From Candidatus Latescibacterota bacterium (GTDB lineage Bacteria > Latescibacterota > UBA2968 > UBA8231), in assembly GCA_965200315.1 (NCBI GenBank), contig OZ241362.1, forward strand, positions 64,001 through 128,000: 64,000 nt of DNA, read 5' to 3'. Of the stretch, positions 1 through 11,047 are shown piece after piece. The position numbers and the translations under genes are program-made. Numbering within the stretch: the first letter of the stretch is position 1; each line of letters opens with the position of its first letter. A model generated the notes under the pieces. The model searched no databases. It had not been told where the DNA came from and saw nothing but the letters and a program-made list of their open reading frames with translations.

Positions 1-1299
1 ACGCATGCCTATTGCCAAAGCCCGATCTGCACGCCGAGCCGTACGAGTTTTCTCACCGGCCAGTACGCCAGCGCCGTCCACATCAACGGCAATGGCCTCG
101 ATAGTTTTCCCGACCACCCGCCGCTGGTCACGCGGATGTTGGCCGCGGCCGGCTACGACTGCGGGCTGATTGGCAAGCTGCACTTGGCTAGTGCCTATGG
201 CCGCATTGAGCCGCGCGTCAATGATGGGTACCGCTACTGGGAGTACAGCCACGCGCCGCGTGACGACTGGCCGCAGGGGCACGGCTATGCCGATTGGGTG
301 CGGGAAAAGGGGGAAGTCTTAGGCGAGCTGATGAAGCAATATCCCCACGGATTGCCCGCCGAGTTCCACCAGACGACGTGGTGCGGCGAGAGAACCATTG
401 AGTTTATGAGCCAAAAGCGCGACGGCCCTTGGTTGGCGAGTGTCAATATCTACGACCCACACCCGCCGTTCAATCCGCCGCAGAGCTACCGAGACCGCTT
501 TGACCCCGCGGCGATGCCCGGGCCGTTGTTTGCCGACAGCGACTTGGCGCAGCAGGAAAAGCTAGCGGCGATTGATTTCCAGTCCAAAGGACGGCGGCCC
601 GACCAGCTCGATATCCGCGATCCCTTGCATCAAGATCGCCCGACGCCTGGGGCTGACGCGCGCGTGTTGCAGGCGGCTTATTGCGCGATGATCAAACAGA
701 TTGACGATCAAGTGGGCGGGATGTTGGCCGCGCTCGCAGACACCGGCCAGCGCGACAATACAGTGGTGATTTTTACGTCCGACCACGGCGAAATGCTCGG
801 CGACCACGGATTGATCCAAAAGGGGTGCCGCTTTTACGAGGGCTTGGTGCGGGTGCCGCTGATTTTTTCTTGGCCGGGGCACTTTGAGGAAGGTTTAGTG
901 CGCGACGATCTGGTCGAGCTGACCGACAAAGCGCCGACGCTTTTAGAGCTAGCCGGGTTGGAGGTGCCGGAGCGGATGACCGGCCGCTCGCTTGTGCCGA
1001 TTCTGCGCGGCGAGAGCGAGCAACCGCACCGCGACTTCGTCCGCTGCGAGTACTACGATGCCTTGGACGCGCCCGATAACACCTTTGCCACCATGTACCG
1101 CGACGAGCGCTACAAGTTAGTGCTCTACCACGGGCACAACTTGGGCGAGCTATACGACTTGGAAGAGGATCCGGGTGAGTTTGAAAACATGTGGGACGAG
1201 CCGCAAGCGCAGCCGCTCAAGTTGGAGCTGATGCAAAAGAGCTTTGACGCTTCGATACTGGCGCTGGACCGGGGGCCGCGGCGCGTGGGGCCGATGTGA
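1..1299 (+). CDS. Sulfatase family protein (5' end outside the window)
   Basis: The frame is open from base 1 (THAYCQSPICTPSRTSFLTG, the formylglycine CxPxR motif). It also has GKLH, DPHPP, FTSDHGEMLGDHG, VRVPLI and ELYDLEEDPGE. The track start at 136 is internal. Confidence 0.93.
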   Translation, partial: THAYCQSPICTPSRTSFLTGQYASAVHINGNGLDSFPDHPPLVTRMLAAAGYDCGLIGKLHLASAYGRIEPRVNDGYRYWEYSHAPRDDWPQGHGYADWVREKGEVLGELMKQYPHGLPAEFHQTTWCGERTIEFMSQKRDGPWLASVNIYDPHPPFNPPQSYRDRFDPAAMPGPLFADSDLAQQEKLAAIDFQSKGRRPDQLDIRDPLHQDRPTPGADARVLQAAYCAMIKQIDDQVGGMLAALADTGQRDNTVVIFTSDHGEMLGDHGLIQKGCRFYEGLVRVPLIFSWPGHFEEGLVRDDLVELTDKAPTLLELAGLEVPERMTGRSLVPILRGESEQPHRDFVRCEYYDALDAPDNTFATMYRDERYKLVLYHGHNLGELYDLEEDPGEFENMWDEPQAQPLKLELMQKSFDASILALDRGPRRVGPM

Positions 1300-2114
1300 T
1301 GGAGCGACAGCAGCGGGTGACAAAGCGGCCGATCTGGCGCTTCCGCGAGGCAGACAAAGCGGCCGAAGACGACCAAGTAACGGTCGAGGAGCCGCTGGAG
1401 ATCCGCGTGGAGGAGACGCCGCTTGCGGTAGTCATGCGCACCCCGCGCCACGACTTTGAGCTGGCGGCTGGCTTCTTGTGTACCGAGGGCCTGATCAAAT
1501 CGCCGCGGGAGTTGGGCGCAATCTCGTACTGCACGGCTGCGGAACCGCCCAACGAGGAGAATATCGTCGAAGTCAGGCTGGCCGCTGGTGTGGACTTTGA
1601 TCGGCAGCGGTTCCAGCGCAACTTCTACGCCTCGTCGAGTTGCGGGGTCTGCGGCAAGGCCAGCATCGAGGCCATCACCTGCGAGGCCCCGGCGCTGACG
1701 GAAAATTTTACCGTGCCGCTAGCCATGCTCTACGGCCTCGGCGACCGCATGCGCCAGGCACAGGATGTATTCGAGCAGACCGGCTCGCTGCACGCGGCGG
1801 CCCTGTTTGACCAAGCGGGCGATTTGCGCGTCCTGCGCGAAGACGTGGGCCGGCACAACGCGGTTGATAAGCTCATTGGCCACTACGCGCTGCGCAACGA
1901 GCCGGTGCCAGCCAAGAGCGTACTGATGGTCAGCGGGCGCACCAGCTTTGAGATTGTGCAGAAGGCGCGGATGGCGGGGATCGCGGTGGTCGCCGCCGTA
2001 TCGGCACCATCGAGCTTGGCGGTCGATCTGGCGCGGGAATCGGGCATGACGCTGTTGGGATTTTTGCGCGGGCGGGGATTCAATGTGTATTCGGGGGGAG
2101 AGCGGATCGGTTGA
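1299..2114 (+). CDS. fdhD: Formate dehydrogenase accessory sulfurtransferase FdhD
   Basis: VEEPLEI, MRTP, SSCGVCGK, TGSLHAA, REDVGRHNAVDK, SGRTSFEIVQKA and SAPSSLA motifs. The ATG overlaps the sulfatase stop (TGATG). Confidence 0.95.
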   Translation: MERQQRVTKRPIWRFREADKAAEDDQVTVEEPLEIRVEETPLAVVMRTPRHDFELAAGFLCTEGLIKSPRELGAISYCTAAEPPNEENIVEVRLAAGVDFDRQRFQRNFYASSSCGVCGKASIEAITCEAPALTENFTVPLAMLYGLGDRMRQAQDVFEQTGSLHAAALFDQAGDLRVLREDVGRHNAVDKLIGHYALRNEPVPAKSVLMVSGRTSFEIVQKARMAGIAVVAAVSAPSSLAVDLARESGMTLLGFLRGRGFNVYSGGERIG

Positions 2115-2346
2115 CTTGCGGTGATGAAAATCCTTGAACCAAGTTCGCAGCCGGAATCCGCGTCCATCCGTCTAGTGCTCTACAAGCCCGGGATGCCGAT
2201 AGAACGCGATCGTTGTTGTTGATCTGCCGCTGGAAAGAAGGCTCAGTCGTGCCAGCGGTCCCAAGTGTGAGATCGTTATCCCGCCTTAGGACGAACGGGA
2301 AGAAGGTATAGCCATCCGACAATTTTTCCACCTAAAGGAGAGGACA

Positions 2347-3216
2347 ATGGCGAAGAAAAAGCAGGCTAAAAGACCGCAACTCAAACTCTGTGCTGCGGCG
2401 TGGACGTTGACCAATTATCCGTCCGAAGCCAAGCAGTGGTCGATGGACCGCAAAGTTCGTGCGGCTAAGGACGCTGGCTTTGACGGCTTCAGCGCCGGGG
2501 CCGATCCCGAGATCGCCGAGGCGTGCGCCAAGCACGGGCTACAGCTCGTCGGCGGAGTCGATATCGCCACGGTAGAAGAAGCCGCTGCGAAACTGGCGGC
2601 TTTTAAGGAAGCTGGTGCCGAGCACATCAACGTCCAGCTTTGCGACCACGATACCGAGATTCGCAAGGCAGTGACGGTGGCGCGGGCAGTGATGAAGGCG
2701 GGCAAAGCACTCGAGCTCAAACCAGCGATTGAATGGCACCGCGATACGTGTACTGAGACGCCGGAGAAAGGGCTGGCGCTGGCCGAGCAGTACGAGAAGC
2801 GCTACAAGGAAAAGCTGCGCACGAATTTCGACCACTCGCACCCGGCGATCATCAAACAGCTCCGGCCCACCAACTTCTGGGAGCGGATCGCCGAGTACCG
2901 TCCCGACCTGCTCAAGATGAGCGAGTTGATCCACTTCCGCACCTTTACCGGCAGCCACTGCCAGACGCCGGTAACCAATGGGCGCGGGGTGCTGGACGCG
3001 GATTTCATCACGTGGCGCGACCACTTCCTCAAGCACTTGCTCTACAACTGGGTCCAAGGACAGCGCGGTGCCACCGAGCTATGGGCTGTCGTCGAGTTGG
3101 GGCCGAAGGGGTCGGGCTATGCGCTCGATTGTTTTCCCGACGTGTGGAAGGACGCCATTGTAGCCCGCGGCGAAATCGAGAAGGCGTTCAAAGGGGCGCT
3201 GAGGAAGGCGAGCTAA
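2347..3216 (+). CDS. Sugar phosphate isomerase/epimerase-like TIM-barrel protein
   Basis: Strong RBS (AAAGGAGAGG). AGFDG, AIEWHRD, FDHSH, HFR and ELGP..YAL pattern of xylose-isomerase-like proteins. Confidence 0.7.
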   Translation: MAKKKQAKRPQLKLCAAAWTLTNYPSEAKQWSMDRKVRAAKDAGFDGFSAGADPEIAEACAKHGLQLVGGVDIATVEEAAAKLAAFKEAGAEHINVQLCDHDTEIRKAVTVARAVMKAGKALELKPAIEWHRDTCTETPEKGLALAEQYEKRYKEKLRTNFDHSHPAIIKQLRPTNFWERIAEYRPDLLKMSELIHFRTFTGSHCQTPVTNGRGVLDADFITWRDHFLKHLLYNWVQGQRGATELWAVVELGPKGSGYALDCFPDVWKDAIVARGEIEKAFKGALRKAS

Positions 3217-3461
3217 ATCCGGTTTGGTGCATCAACTCCGCGACAATCTTCCCACTCGCTCCGCAAGATGCAACGCGAACGGACGGAGAATTAGGCGTTC
3301 AGTGCAAGTGGTGTTGGATCAGAAGTTCAGAGGACGATTGACGTGTCTTCGGGCATCTTCCCCGGGTACAAGATGGCGAACCGTTTAGGACGCAATACGA
3401 CCTCTTGACGATCCTTGCTGTGCCAGCGGACCTGGCCGCGTTGCACTTCCCACTCCGCTGT

Positions 3462-4307
3462 TCAGACGACTCCCCACTGCACTCGTCCCAACTCGTGCGA
3501 GCGCTCCCGGTCGTAGGCTGGATCGATGGCGAATGCGCGATCTAGCCACAAGACCTCCCGCTGCTGGGGACTCAGCGAATTGAGCAGTTCAGGCGTCAGG
3601 TAGTCGCCCCACGTGAAGCGATGGTTGTCGATCGCGTGGGGATGGAACAGCCAATGGCTCAGATACCGGCAGGCACTGGTGCGGTTGAGCCACGTGCAGT
3701 GAAACAGCTTGGCATGGCGGACGATTAGCTGGTGGGGTTCGACCTCCAAGGAAATTTCATTGTTGAGTGCGACGTCTTCCCAGCCGTCCTCGGCCTGCGA
3801 ACCGACAATTCCCCGTTCCGCCCTGAGCCGGGCGGCTGTCTCCTCAAGAGAAGTGGGTGGCCCAAGGTGACTGCCTGGGACAATGCGCAGACACCCGTTT
3901 GTGCGCGAAGCCCCGGAGAAGTAGTGCATAAACTCCGCCCATCCCGGCCCCCCGTCGATGTGCCACCCGACTGATCGGTTCGGAGCCTGCTCGTTGATGC
4001 CGCCGTTGCGCAGATAGATGTCGTTGTCCTCGTTCAGTTGGCGGGCGAGTTCGATGATTTCGGGGTGCAGGATGGTCTGCATGAACGGCAGGGAGTGATC
4101 GAGGGCGCACCAGTATGAGTCTTCTAATTGCGGCCGCAGATAGAAGTGATTCCGCTTGCTGCCGTCGGCCGGCCCTTCCGTTGGAGCTTGGGAAGCCTTT
4201 TCGACCGCGGCCATACACGCCTCGGTGAGACTTTCGGGGAACGGACAGGCGACGATGACGTAGCCTTCAGTGCGGTACTGCTCCAATTGTTCCTCGCTGA
4301 ATTTCAT
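3462..4307 (-). CDS. Phytanoyl-CoA dioxygenase (PhyH) family protein
   Basis: MKFSEEQLEQYRTEGYVIV start, WHID (HxD), GCLRIVPGSH and a distal His (LFHCT). Confidence 0.85.
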   Translation of the reverse strand: MKFSEEQLEQYRTEGYVIVACPFPESLTEACMAAVEKASQAPTEGPADGSKRNHFYLRPQLEDSYWCALDHSLPFMQTILHPEIIELARQLNEDNDIYLRNGGINEQAPNRSVGWHIDGGPGWAEFMHYFSGASRTNGCLRIVPGSHLGPPTSLEETAARLRAERGIVGSQAEDGWEDVALNNEISLEVEPHQLIVRHAKLFHCTWLNRTSACRYLSHWLFHPHAIDNHRFTWGDYLTPELLNSLSPQQREVLWLDRAFAIDPAYDRERSHELGRVQWGVV

Positions 4308-4332
4308 GCTGACTTCCTCGTGCGGTGTGGCG

Positions 4333-4561
4333 TCAATGCCCTCGCTGCACAACGTCCATGGTTAGCTCCTCGGGCAGCCCGCCGATGACCGACAATTTCA
4401 AGCCCGCCTCCGCGCTTCTTTCTCGCAGGCGCGTGAGCTCCTCGACTGTGTAGTAACCTTGGTCCGTCGGCAGGGTGTTGCCGCCGACCACGTCGGTTTG
4501 CACTCACCTGTAGGGCCAGTTCGAGATCCTCGTCCGTCACGCCGGAAATTGCCAGTCTCAA
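4333..4561 (-). pseudogene. N-terminal remnant of a mannonate dehydratase (UxuA)-like gene, frameshifted and truncated
   Basis: RBS AGAGGAG + TTG gives MRLAISGVTDEDLELALQVSA. A frame change then gives TDVVGGNTLPTDQGYYTVEELTRLRERSAEAGLKLSVIGGLPEEL, which resembles the UxuA N-terminus, and stops after about 75 aa. Confidence 0.55.
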
Positions 4562-4593
4562 CGGTTGCTCCTCTGCGATTGCTGAGTCGATCC

Positions 4594-5400
4594 CTACTGC
4601 AACCTGCGGTTGAGTGGAGTCCGCAAGGAGTGGGTCTCGATATCCCAGTCGCCGTCGAATATGGTCGCAGCGTCCCCGGCGGCGGCTCCCGCGTCGGAGG
4701 CGAGATCGATGAGCTTGGCGGCTGAATGCTCGGGCGGCGACAGGCTGGGGCGCGATGCTCGCTCTGCTTCGTCGGCCGAGCGTCCTGCTTTCTCGGCCAT
4801 CTCGCGGATGGCACCGAGCTTCATATTCGTGGCCATCTCGCCCGGAGATACGGCGTGGATGCGGATGTTCAGGGGACGGAGCTGTTCGCGGGCCACTAGG
4901 ACCAGCCCGCGGACGCCCCCTTTACTCGATCCGTACGGCAGGGAGGAACTGCCGCCCAACACGCCGGCACCGGATATGACGAGCAAAACCACGCCTCCAC
5001 CCGCCTTCTGTAGCAGAGGAACGGCGTACTTCAACAGCAGGAAGCTGCCGGTGAGGTTGACGTTGATGGCGCGCCGCCAGGATTCTTCGGAATACTCGTC
5101 GATGCGCGTTCCTGCATCGGCGAGGATGGCCGCTGGATTGATCAGGATGTCGAGGTGGCCGAAGTGCTCGCCGACGGTGTCCATCAAGCGGCGCACGTCT
5201 GCGGACCGGCTTAAATCGGTATGCACGAAGTGAGCCGTGCCGCCTTCGTCGGAGATCAACTGGGCCGTCGCTTTGCCGCCAGCCTCGTCGATGTCGGCGA
5301 GGATGAGCCTCGCCCCCTCGCACGCCGCGCCGATGGCCGTGGCGCGGCCGAGGCCGGTCGCGGCGCCGGTGACGACCGCTACCTTGTTTGAGAGTTTCAT
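4594..5400 (-). CDS. Short-chain dehydrogenase/reductase (SDR)
   Basis: TGAATGLG Rossmann motif, NLTG and YGSSK (YxxxK). Confidence 0.92.
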   Translation of the reverse strand: MKLSNKVAVVTGAATGLGRATAIGAACEGARLILADIDEAGGKATAQLISDEGGTAHFVHTDLSRSADVRRLMDTVGEHFGHLDILINPAAILADAGTRIDEYSEESWRRAINVNLTGSFLLLKYAVPLLQKAGGGVVLLVISGAGVLGGSSSLPYGSSKGGVRGLVLVAREQLRPLNIRIHAVSPGEMATNMKLGAIREMAEKAGRSADEAERASRPSLSPPEHSAAKLIDLASDAGAAAGDAATIFDGDWDIETHSLRTPLNRRLQ

Positions 5401-5420
5401 ACTTGATCCCGAGCGATCGG

Positions 5421-7046
<1,626 letters not shown>

Positions 7047-7054
7047 TGAAATCC

Positions 7055-7594
7055 TTAGTTAGGGGCTATAATAAGGCGCTTGACTTGCCCCCAACTTTTG
7101 CTTTCGACGGCTGTTGGCGGCGGCGAGGGTAGGTCAAAGTAACTTAGCGGCGAGCGATAGCGCGCGCCGTCGCGTTCGACGGTGGCGGAGATAGCCCAGT
7201 CGGTTAGTACTGAATCAAGGGGGGAGATAATGACGGTGCCCTTCTCGGGATTTGATATCGCGTCAGCTTGCACCTGCCCCCAAGGAACAAATGCGCTAGC
7301 CGACTCTTCGAGCATCACTAAGTTGCCGTTTTCGTCTAGTCCGCTAAGGACCGGGATTTCTCGCCAAATCCGATAGTATGTGGTATTCGGCACGAGGCTA
7401 AACTCGAATTGCAAGTCAGTCACCTTACCCTCGTCGTTCAGATAGAATCGCACGCCGAGGATTTCGGGTGAAACAATCGCGGCGTCTTCTGTCTCGACGG
7501 GGCCTTCCCAAGGAGGAGTGAGCGGGGTGGCAGTGTCGGTCCAAGCTGTAGAAGCGGCGAGGACCGAGAGGATAATAGGAGCGAGTGCAAACAT
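7055..7594 (-). CDS. Hypothetical secreted protein with C-terminal [12 protein letters not shown] motif
   Basis: RBS AGGAGG, signal-peptide-like N-terminus, and a Pro linker before [12 protein letters not shown]. Confidence 0.7.
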   Translation of the reverse strand: MFALAPIILSVLAASTAWTDTATPLTPPWEGPVETEDAAIVSPEILGVRFYLNDEGKVTDLQFEFSLVPNTTYYRIWREIPVLSGLDENGNLVMLEESASAFVPWGQVQADAISNPEKGTVIISPLDSVLTDWAISATVERDGARYRSPLSYFDLPSPPPTAVESKSWGQVKRLIIAPN

Positions 7595-7735
7595 TGCGAG
7601 CCTCCTTGAGGAAGTGGGCCCAAAACTCCGGCTTCAGTTCCTTGTAAGAAGAAAAAGCGCCGGATCAAGCGTCTATCGCCCGATGAAAAACGCTCCATGC
7701 GAAGGCACTTGAACGACCCTTGATGCGGCCCGACG

Positions 7736-8163
7736 CTAGTTTTGGGACCGCTTCGTAAAGCTCCGTGGTGGTGTGGTTCGCATAAAATATATCACAAAAG
7801 TGAAGTTGGGAAAGCAGTTGTTATCTGTGGCTTCTAGGTCGTCGAGGATGCGGTGGAGTTGCGCGAAGGGTCGGGACGCAAAAAGGTGCGTTTGGCAATC
7901 CCACACTTCGCGGGGGTTTGTACCACCCTCAATAATAGAGTCGCAAAAAAAGCCCTTGTAGCTGAGGCCGTGATCGCCGAGGGCATCGCCGTGGTCGGAG
8001 GTAAATATGATGAGGGTGTCGTCGAGGGTACCAGCCGCCTCCAAGGCTTGGAGCATGCGGCCAAGCGGTCGAGGGCGGGCGTCTGCATGAAGTCAAGGCC
8101 GTAGCACGGGAGGCTGTCCCAACGCTGTTGGTCCGTGGTGATGAATAGTAAATTTCTGGCCAT
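7736..8163 (-). pseudogene. Internally deleted sulfatase remnant
   Basis: The N-terminus MARNLLFITTDQQRWDSLPCYGLDFMQTPALDRLA joins at about 8058, with a frame change, to the mid-protein segment MLQALEAAGTLDDTLIIFTSDHGDALGDHGL. The CxPxR region is missing. Confidence 0.8.
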
Positions 8164-8247
8164 AGCAGCTCCCTTTGACTGCTTGAGCAGCGTGAGAAAA
8201 AGGCTATGACGAGGATAATAGATTCGGCTAAATCGAGCGTCAAGTAG

Positions 8248-9183
8248 GTGCCGATGCGTCTAGAATTTTGGCTAATTATCGGGTTGTTGGCAGCCTGCGA
8301 TAGCGGAGCGCCCAAGGACCGCGCCAGCATCAGCGAGGAGAATGCCGAGGGGTTCCGGTTGTTGCAACAGGGCCGGACCGAGGAAGCGCTGGTCCTGTTG
8401 CAGCGGGCAGCCGAGAAAGATTCGGCCAGCATGGAAGTCCACTACAATATGGGCGTGGCACATACGCATTTGCAGGAGTGCGCAAGGGCTATTACGGCCT
8501 TTGCGCGTGCCGTGGAATTAGCACCGGAAAACCCAAGTGCGCATTTTGCCTTGGGGATTGCCTTGGCGGCTGAACATCGCCAGCGCGACGCAGCCAAACA
8601 CTTTGCGAGAGCGGCGACCTTAGCGCCAGACCAGGCCGAATACCATTTCCGCCTCGGGGAGGCCCGCCAAGCCCTAGGGGAGATCGAGGAAGCACTCGCG
8701 GCGTTTGCCGCGGCAATCCGCGCCGATTCGACGCACGTGGACGCCCATTTCTTGCGCGCTGGCCTGCTGGCTTGGAGCAACCAGCCGGAGGAAGCCGAGC
8801 GAGGGTATAGACGGGCGATTGAGTTAGACAGCCGCCGTGCGGACATCCTGTGGGAACTGGGCCAAGTCTATATGCAGCAGGGCCAGTACCCGCAGGCCGC
8901 CGAGGTGCTCAGAAGCGCCCTTGAACTCGAACCGCGCAATACCCATGCGCTCTATCTGTTGAGCCAAGTGTATTTGCTCAGCGGTCAGCCGGACGAACGT
9001 GCGGAAGTCTTGAGCACCTTTCAGCGCCTGAGCGCGGCCCAGCGGCATTTCAAGCAGGGCGCGTTATGCGCCGAGCGCGGAGCCATAGACGAGGCGCGAA
9101 AGGCCCTGCGGGAAGCCTTGGTGCTCGATCCAGACCATGCCAAGGCCCAAGAAAAATTGGCACAGTTGGATAAAGAGCGGTGA
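8248..9183 (+). CDS. TPR-repeat lipoprotein
   Basis: Lipobox LAAC followed by multiple TPR units (e.g. VHYNMGVAH...AVELAPEN). Confidence 0.85.
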   Translation: MPMRLEFWLIIGLLAACDSGAPKDRASISEENAEGFRLLQQGRTEEALVLLQRAAEKDSASMEVHYNMGVAHTHLQECARAITAFARAVELAPENPSAHFALGIALAAEHRQRDAAKHFARAATLAPDQAEYHFRLGEARQALGEIEEALAAFAAAIRADSTHVDAHFLRAGLLAWSNQPEEAERGYRRAIELDSRRADILWELGQVYMQQGQYPQAAEVLRSALELEPRNTHALYLLSQVYLLSGQPDERAEVLSTFQRLSAAQRHFKQGALCAERGAIDEARKALREALVLDPDHAKAQEKLAQLDKER

Positions 9184-9340
9184 TCTCACTGACAGCTAAA
9201 GCAGCGAGTATTCGCCCCGGATTACGGCGAGGCCCCAGCGGGCAAGGTTCCGCGCCGCATTCAAATCGGCATGGGAACAATGCCCACAATTCTTGCAAGA
9301 AAAGTCGGCTTGACGACGAGTGCCCACCTGCAAGCAGTTC

Positions 9341-9386
9341 AATCCCTATCCCTCCGTCGACTAAAGATCGGCGGTCTCACGGGAGG
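9341..9386. repeat. IS200/IS605-like terminal hairpin (solo end or REP-like element)
   Basis: CCTATCCCT-CCGTCGA-CTAAAGA-TCGGCGG-TCTCACGGG. The imperfect hairpin with a CTAAAG loop resembles IS200/IS605 ends. No transposase is nearby. Confidence 0.35.
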
Positions 9387-9391
9387 TATTT

Positions 9392-11038
9392 ATGAAGGCG
9401 CACATTTTGTTCTTGTTGTTGGCGGCTTGCTCGCCGGCAAAGAAGCAGCCTACGGCGTCTGAACAGTCCCACTTTGTCGAGGTGGGTGGGGATAGCGGCC
9501 TGACGAAAGTCCACACGGGCGGTAGTGGGGAAAAAGGCTATATCGCCGAGGCCAAAGGAGGGGGTACGGCTTGGTTGGACTTTGATGGCGACGGCGATTT
9601 GGATCTCTACTGGGTGAACGGAGCCGCGCTGGACGATGCGCAAGGAGGCGGCAATGCTCTCTACCGCAACGATGCGGCAAGCGGTTTTGTCGATGTGGCC
9701 AGTTCCTTGGGCGCAGCGGGCTGGGGCTGGGGCATGGGGGCTGTCAGTGCCGACTACGACAACGACGGGGACGCGGATCTCTACATCACCAACCTGCACG
9801 CGAATATACTCTACCGCAACGACGGCCATGCGGGTTTTGCCGCAGCGGGAGGCGAGGCCGGGGCGGCGGGGGCTGCTTGGAGCACGGGCGCGGCATTTGG
9901 AGACTACGACCGGGATGGAGATGTCGATCTGTACGTGGCTGGCTACGCCGAGTTCGACCCCGGGGAAGTTCCACGACTGGGCAGCCAGTGGAAAGGGGTT
10001 GATGTGTTCGTCGGGCCGCTGGGGCTTATGCCGGAGGCCGACTCATTCTACCGCAACGACGGCGGAGCCTTTGTGGAGGTCGCCGAGGAGACCGGTCTGG
10101 CGCATCGAGAGCCGGGCTATGGTTTTGGGGTGCTCTTCGTCGATGTGGACGACGATGGGGACGTCGATCTATACGTGGCCAATGACTCCACACCCAATTT
10201 CCTGTGGCGCAACGAGGGGGATGGAACCTTCACCGAGGTGGGGCTGCAAGTCCAAGTGGCGTATGGGGCGATGGGACACTCACAGGCCGGCATGGGCGTG
10301 GCTTGGGGCGATTACGATGGGGACGCCCGTCCTGATATTTTCTCGACGCACTTTGAGGACGACTACAACATCCTCTACCGCAACGAGGGGGTGGGTCTAT
10401 TTGCCGATGGGTCCGTCGCGGCGGGGCTGGGCAGGACCAGCTTTCACTTCGTGGGTTTTGGCACTGGATTTTTTGACCGCGATAACGACGGCGACCTAGA
10501 CCTGCTGGTGGCCAACGGTCACGTCTATCCGCAGATAGCGCGCGCGGGCAGCGGCACTTCGTACGCCCAACCCAATCAGCTTCTCGACAATCGCGGCGGC
10601 CGCTTTGAGTTGCTCTTGCCCAACGACGGCGACAGCTTGGGCGCGGCCAAGGTGAGTCGGGGGAGTGCGATTGCCGACTACGACAACGACGGCGATTTGG
10701 ACCTGCTCGTCACCAATCTCGACGACCGACCGACGCTTTTGCGCAACGACCTAGGGAATAGGCAAAACTGGCTGGGGGTCGCGTTAGTCGGCAAAAAGAG
10801 CAATCGGGGTGGGATTGGTGCCCGCCTGCGCTTGGCCGCCGGTGGCAAAGTGCAAGTCCGCGATATCATCAGCGGCAGCAGTTTTCTCTCCAGCGAGGAC
10901 CCGCGAGCCCACTTTGGTCTGGGCCAGATTGAAAGGGTGGATTCGCTGCAAGTGCGCTGGCCGAGCGGGGGCGTGCAGGTGTTGAAGAACCTGCGGATTA
11001 ACCAGTATGTGGTCGTGGAGGAGGATGGGAGCGAATGA
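9392..11038 (+). CDS. CRTAC1 / ASPIC-UnbV family lipoprotein with FG-GAP repeats
   Basis: Lipobox LAAC, repeated DxDxDGDxDLY...LYRN units, and C-terminal GIGARL...AHFGLG...VRWPSG (UnbV_ASPIC). Confidence 0.9.
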   Translation: MKAHILFLLLAACSPAKKQPTASEQSHFVEVGGDSGLTKVHTGGSGEKGYIAEAKGGGTAWLDFDGDGDLDLYWVNGAALDDAQGGGNALYRNDAASGFVDVASSLGAAGWGWGMGAVSADYDNDGDADLYITNLHANILYRNDGHAGFAAAGGEAGAAGAAWSTGAAFGDYDRDGDVDLYVAGYAEFDPGEVPRLGSQWKGVDVFVGPLGLMPEADSFYRNDGGAFVEVAEETGLAHREPGYGFGVLFVDVDDDGDVDLYVANDSTPNFLWRNEGDGTFTEVGLQVQVAYGAMGHSQAGMGVAWGDYDGDARPDIFSTHFEDDYNILYRNEGVGLFADGSVAAGLGRTSFHFVGFGTGFFDRDNDGDLDLLVANGHVYPQIARAGSGTSYAQPNQLLDNRGGRFELLLPNDGDSLGAAKVSRGSAIADYDNDGDLDLLVTNLDDRPTLLRNDLGNRQNWLGVALVGKKSNRGGIGARLRLAAGGKVQVRDIISGSSFLSSEDPRAHFGLGQIERVDSLQVRWPSGGVQVLKNLRINQYVVVEEDGSE

Positions 11039-11047
11039 CGCTGAGCC

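Noticed and set aside
2115-3461. ncRNA or small genes in the gaps at 2115-2346 and 3217-3461
   Set aside because: Only short, weak hairpins and no recognisable translation or RNA motif.
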